Of a stretch of DNA of 64,000 nt, positions 60,452-64,000 are shown piece after piece. The notes under the pieces are model-generated. The model did no database searches and had not been told where the DNA came from. It saw only the letters and a list, made by a program, of their open reading frames with translations. Positions within the stretch are counted from its first letter, which is position 1, and the number at the start of each line of letters is the position of its first letter. The stretch is from Patescibacteria group bacterium. Its GTDB lineage: Bacteria > Patescibacteriota > Patescibacteriia > PEXW01. Where the stretch lies: NCBI GenBank assembly GCA_041665345.1, contig JBAYJA010000001.1, forward strand, positions 265,206-329,205, in the 5' to 3' direction. Both the position numbers and the translations under genes were made by a program.

Positions 60452-60850
60452 ATGCATGGGTACCACCAGAATATTGAAGAGCTGACAGTAGCGAATACCA
60501 ATTTTCGCAAAGTCCTATACACTGCCAAGCACACGCAGCTGGTTTTGATGTGCCTGCAACCAGGTGAAGCAATTGGGATGGAAGTGCATGCAGAGAATGA
60601 CCAGTTCTTCCGTTTTGAAGCAGGGCAGGGGAGAGTGACCGTTGATGGAAATGTCCATGAGGTCAAAGATGGTTCGGCAGTCATTGTTCCAGCCGGGGCA
60701 CAGCACAATGTAGAAAATACCTCAGCCATGGAACCGCTGAAACTCTACACACTGTACAGCCCGTCACATCATAAGGATGGGATTGTCCGAGCGACGAAAG
60801 CAGATGCTGAGGCCAATGATGCAGAGTTTGACGGGAAGACAACGGAGTAG
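60452..60850 (+). CDS. Cupin domain protein
   Basis: NTNFRKVLYT, QLVLM, EVH..NDQFFRFE.G, VPAG..HNV and LYTLYSP motifs. Confidence 0.93.
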   Translation: MHGYHQNIEELTVANTNFRKVLYTAKHTQLVLMCLQPGEAIGMEVHAENDQFFRFEAGQGRVTVDGNVHEVKDGSAVIVPAGAQHNVENTSAMEPLKLYTLYSPSHHKDGIVRATKADAEANDAEFDGKTTE

Positions 60851-60904
60851 AGCGTTATAAAAAAGTAAAATCCCCACATAGTTTTTTGCCATGTGGGGGA
60901 GGTG

Positions 60905-61126
60905 TTATGCCCATTGGATGAGTGTGCCTGCGGTGTAGCCGAAAATTACCGGGATGCTGGCGCGCAGGAAAAGCTCTTTTTTGCCATGCAGAATGTCTGC
61001 AGCCATGGCAGTACAAGCAAGGAAGAGCGCAGCTTCGCCAGCGGTATGCACCTCCCATTGCCACGGACATCGGTAACTGATAAACCCACCAGCGCAGACC
61101 AAGAGGATACTAGTGTGCCATTTCAT
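60905..61126 (-). CDS. Small hydrophobic protein
   Basis: TTGACG-17-TATGCT promoter and AAGGA SD upstream; hairpin at about 60870-60900 downstream. Confidence 0.5.
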   Translation of the reverse strand: MKWHTSILLVCAGGFISYRCPWQWEVHTAGEAALFLACTAMAADILHGKKELFLRASIPVIFGYTAGTLIQWA

Positions 61127-61260
61127 TCGTTCATTTCCTTAGGTTGTCTTTTGGTATTGCGGCCAGCATACGTTGGAGGCTGCTTGACGTCAAGCAGACG
61201 AACTACTCCCAATCCAGAGTGAGTTAGTGTATACTACGATTACCGTAACCAAACAAGCCT

Positions 61261-62103
61261 ATGCGTCGGATTACATTCAGCATATTCGTTCTGGGATTAG
61301 CTACCTTCCTGCTCGTCGCATGCGAAAAAACTGTTACCCCAGGCTCGAATTTCAATGCGACTCAGGCAATCAATGCAGTGGTGCAGCAGAACGTGAATCA
61401 GATGCTAGCAAATGTAAATACAGGGATAGCGGCTGGTATAGTTTGGCAGAAGACTGGCGCAGGTTGGACGGTGTTGGGAAATCCTCCAAGCTGTCCTGAT
61501 CCTTTGCAGCTCCAATCTCCGGTGGATGTTGCAAAAGCCACAGCGATTTTGTACCCAGGGCAAACGCGCGGCGGCAATTACAAGCCGCATGGTGGTTTTC
61601 GATTTAGTAGTGCCACAAATACCGTACCTGTTCGTGCTCCTCTGGACGCGCAACTGGTAGAAGGGTCTCGGTACATTGAGCAAGGTGAAACGCAGTACCT
61701 GCTCGTTTTCCAAAATCCTTGCGGTCTGCGTTACCGGTTCGACCACCTGCTCACCCTGGCACCAGCCTTCGCCACCGTGGTTGCAACATTACCCGCAGCA
61801 CAAGTTGATCAGTCACAAACCACAGCATTTGCAAACCCAGTGCAGGTAAGCGCAGGCGACGTCATTGCTAGTGCCGTAGGTTTTGCTAAGACCAAGAATG
61901 TCTCCGTTGACTTTGGGGTGTACGACCTCCGGCAAAAAAACGCGGCATCAAAAAATGCCACCTGGGCTGCTAGCCACGATGTTGAGCAAGCGCAGTACGC
62001 CCTTTGCTGGTTGGACTTGTTACCAGCCGCTGAAGTGACAACCATGAAAGCCTTGCCTGGCGCTGACCAAACCGCAGGCAAGACCAGTGATTACTGCACG
62101 TAG
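61261..62103 (+). CDS. Lipoprotein with an M23-like beta domain
   Basis: Lipobox LVAC; H.G..F, VRAP.D and FDHL...V.AGDVI patterns. Confidence 0.7.
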   Translation: MRRITFSIFVLGLATFLLVACEKTVTPGSNFNATQAINAVVQQNVNQMLANVNTGIAAGIVWQKTGAGWTVLGNPPSCPDPLQLQSPVDVAKATAILYPGQTRGGNYKPHGGFRFSSATNTVPVRAPLDAQLVEGSRYIEQGETQYLLVFQNPCGLRYRFDHLLTLAPAFATVVATLPAAQVDQSQTTAFANPVQVSAGDVIASAVGFAKTKNVSVDFGVYDLRQKNAASKNATWAASHDVEQAQYALCWLDLLPAAEVTTMKALPGADQTAGKTSDYCT

Positions 62104-62181
62104 GATGAGGAACAAACTCTCCGTCTTCAAGGAGGAGTTTGTCCAGTAGGGAGAGCCGTGGTATAACCTTACTTTCTGGGT

Positions 62182-63225
62182 ATGCCAAGAAAAACCCTCA
62201 CCATTGGCGGAATCGGCATTACCTGCCTGGCGCTGGCTAGCGTGGGTTTTTTCCTACGCCATCCGCAACCAGAATTGCGACCGACACAAACGAACACATC
62301 GGCACCTCCTGATGGCAAAGTGGAGGCAGAGACCGTGGCTATTTCACCCACAGAAGCACCACACCCTGTGTCACTACCCGCACTCATGGCCACCATTTTT
62401 GATGGGCGCGGTTTGAAGCTCGGGCAAGTTTTGGAGAGTAACAGTGCCTACACCCGGCACTTCATAACCTACAAGAGCGGGGAGCTGACCATTTCCGGCA
62501 TATTGAACATCCCTAAGGGCGCTGGTCCTTTTCCGGTACTCATCTTGAATCACGGTCACATTGATACCAATGTGTATACCAATGGTCGCGGTCTTAAGCG
62601 TGAGCAAGACTACTTGGCGCGCCAAGGATTTGCCGTGCTGCACCCTGACTACCGGAACCACGCGCAATCATCAAAAGATACCCGAGATGCACTCGCAGTT
62701 CGGCTTGGGTATGTGGAAGACGTGATCAACGCAGTCTACGCACTCCGGGCTGCCGGAATCTCGGGGTTGGATCTGGAACACATCGGGATGCTGGGTCATT
62801 CTATGGGTGGGGGAGTAACCCTCTCTGCACTGGTCACCGTGCCGGAGTTGATTGACGCCGCAGTGCTCTACGCGCCGGTATCTGGGGATATGCGGAAGAG
62901 CTACGAACGGTGGATTGCCCGGGAGTCGAATAATGCAGTGCTGCTTGGGGAGTTGTACGGCACGCCGGAAGCGAATCCAATTTTTTGGGATAATCTCTCG
63001 GCCGAAAGTTTCTACGAAAAGGTACAAGCACCGGTACGGATATTCCATGGCACAGGGGATGAGAGTGTGCCCATTGCTTGGTCTCAAGAAACCCAGCGCT
63101 TGCTCAAAGCTGCCGGCAAAGAAGTGTCACTCATAACCTACCCAGGTGCGCCCCATGAATTCACCAGCACCTGGTCAGATTTCATGCGGCAAACGGCAGC
63201 GTTTTTCAAAGCATCGTTTCAGTAA
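62182..63225 (+). CDS. Alpha/beta hydrolase (S9 peptidase-like)
   Basis: NHG, PDYRNH, GHSMGG, HGTGDESVP and PHEF motifs. Confidence 0.92.
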   Translation: MPRKTLTIGGIGITCLALASVGFFLRHPQPELRPTQTNTSAPPDGKVEAETVAISPTEAPHPVSLPALMATIFDGRGLKLGQVLESNSAYTRHFITYKSGELTISGILNIPKGAGPFPVLILNHGHIDTNVYTNGRGLKREQDYLARQGFAVLHPDYRNHAQSSKDTRDALAVRLGYVEDVINAVYALRAAGISGLDLEHIGMLGHSMGGGVTLSALVTVPELIDAAVLYAPVSGDMRKSYERWIARESNNAVLLGELYGTPEANPIFWDNLSAESFYEKVQAPVRIFHGTGDESVPIAWSQETQRLLKAAGKEVSLITYPGAPHEFTSTWSDFMRQTAAFFKASFQ

Positions 63226-63252
63226 CCTTTGGTACGGGTGTAGAATGGAAGT

Positions 63253-63552
63253 ATGTTCCTCTCCGCCCCAGCCAACCCCACAAAAACGAAGCACGTTATC
63301 TATCTCCTGGCCGCTCTTAGTTTAGGGGTAGTGCTGAGTTTTCTTGTCCACGCGGGAATTGAAACAGCGTATTTGTCCTGGGCAGGATCGGCTGGCAAAA
63401 CAGTTACTTGGTATGGTGGCTGTGCCTTGCATCCAGTCATTCAAGTTGGATTAGTCATAGTTGGAGCAGTTAGCGGTTTTTTCCTGGGCCGGTTTTGGTG
63501 GCGGCTGGTGTACATTGAACGCCGATGGGCGAAAGGAAAAATAACTCATTAA
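63253..63552 (+). CDS. Small membrane protein
   Basis: Two TM helices; WWRLVYIE motif. Confidence 0.75.
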   Translation: MFLSAPANPTKTKHVIYLLAALSLGVVLSFLVHAGIETAYLSWAGSAGKTVTWYGGCALHPVIQVGLVIVGAVSGFFLGRFWWRLVYIERRWAKGKITH

Positions 63553-63557
63553 GGTCT

Positions 63558-64000
63558 ATGCCTGAACACATTTCTCAAGAACCGATAGATCAAAATGAAG
63601 AGCAACGTGAATTGCAACGCCAGTACGAAGAACGAATGATCCGAGTTCGAATAAATATTGAGCAATTGTACGATAAAGCTTTGGCGGAAGGAAAAAATCC
63701 GGTTGATGCATTGTTGGATGAAGACTTCTCCGAAGGTCGGCAGATTTTTGGTGCAGATGTCGTGGATGGTTTTGTTACCACAGCCAGAGAGCTTGAAGTT
63801 TTATCACGGGAAGAGTTTATCGAACAAACTACAGAACGCATTGGGAACATTGTGCAATTAGTGTATTTTGATCAAGAAGTGCGGGCGCGTTCTGCGGCGT
63901 TGCAGGCCGAGCGGGCTAGCCAGCATAAGGAGCAAATTTCCTTCGGCCATCTGAATGCCAGTATCCGTGATTTTGAATGGAGCGACCTGTCACTTGGGGG
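63558..64000 (+). CDS. Hypothetical protein (runs off the window end)
   Basis: ATG 63558 (MPEHISQEPIDQ...) is open to the end of the window. Confidence 0.65.
   Translation, partial: MPEHISQEPIDQNEEQRELQRQYEERMIRVRINIEQLYDKALAEGKNPVDALLDEDFSEGRQIFGADVVDGFVTTARELEVLSREEFIEQTTERIGNIVQLVYFDQEVRARSAALQAERASQHKEQISFGHLNASIRDFEWSDLSLG

Noticed and set aside
60893-61222. Plus-strand 109-aa ORF
   Set aside because: It starts inside a terminator hairpin; promoter and SD support the minus-strand ORF 60905-61126 instead.

Overview
This is bacterial chromosomal DNA in genetic code 11 (TGA is used as a stop). The gene set and style suggest a Patescibacteria/CPR genome; this is an inference. The GC-richer housekeeping backbone includes tRNA-Asp, infC-rpmI-rplT, smpB-ssrA, argS, ileS-recO, a Clp ATPase, glyQS, tatD, rmuC, a natAB-like ABC pair, an M16 peptidase, metG-cvpA-rsmI, a complete F1Fo ATP synthase operon and a group 3b-like [NiFe]-hydrogenase pair with candidate accessory genes. 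Many backbone genes look leaderless. Between them sit many AT-richer orphan genes, each usually with its own TTGAC-N16-18-TAnnnT promoter, Shine-Dalgarno (SD) site and terminator, plus several REP-like palindrome families and a truncated RAYT. Three observations stand out. (1) A self-contained non-coding unit at 24.6-25.0 kb holds two tRNA-shaped RNAs whose anticodon loops are replaced by long hairpin inserts. (2) Two insertions in the atp operon, before atpA and before atpD, share near-identical left (~40 nt) and right (54 nt) ends but carry unrelated antisense microprotein genes. (3) A 683-aa protein fuses a nucleoside 2-deoxyribosyltransferase/N-glycosidase domain to a trans-prenyl synthase domain. 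All calls come from motif recognition by eye; no searches were run.
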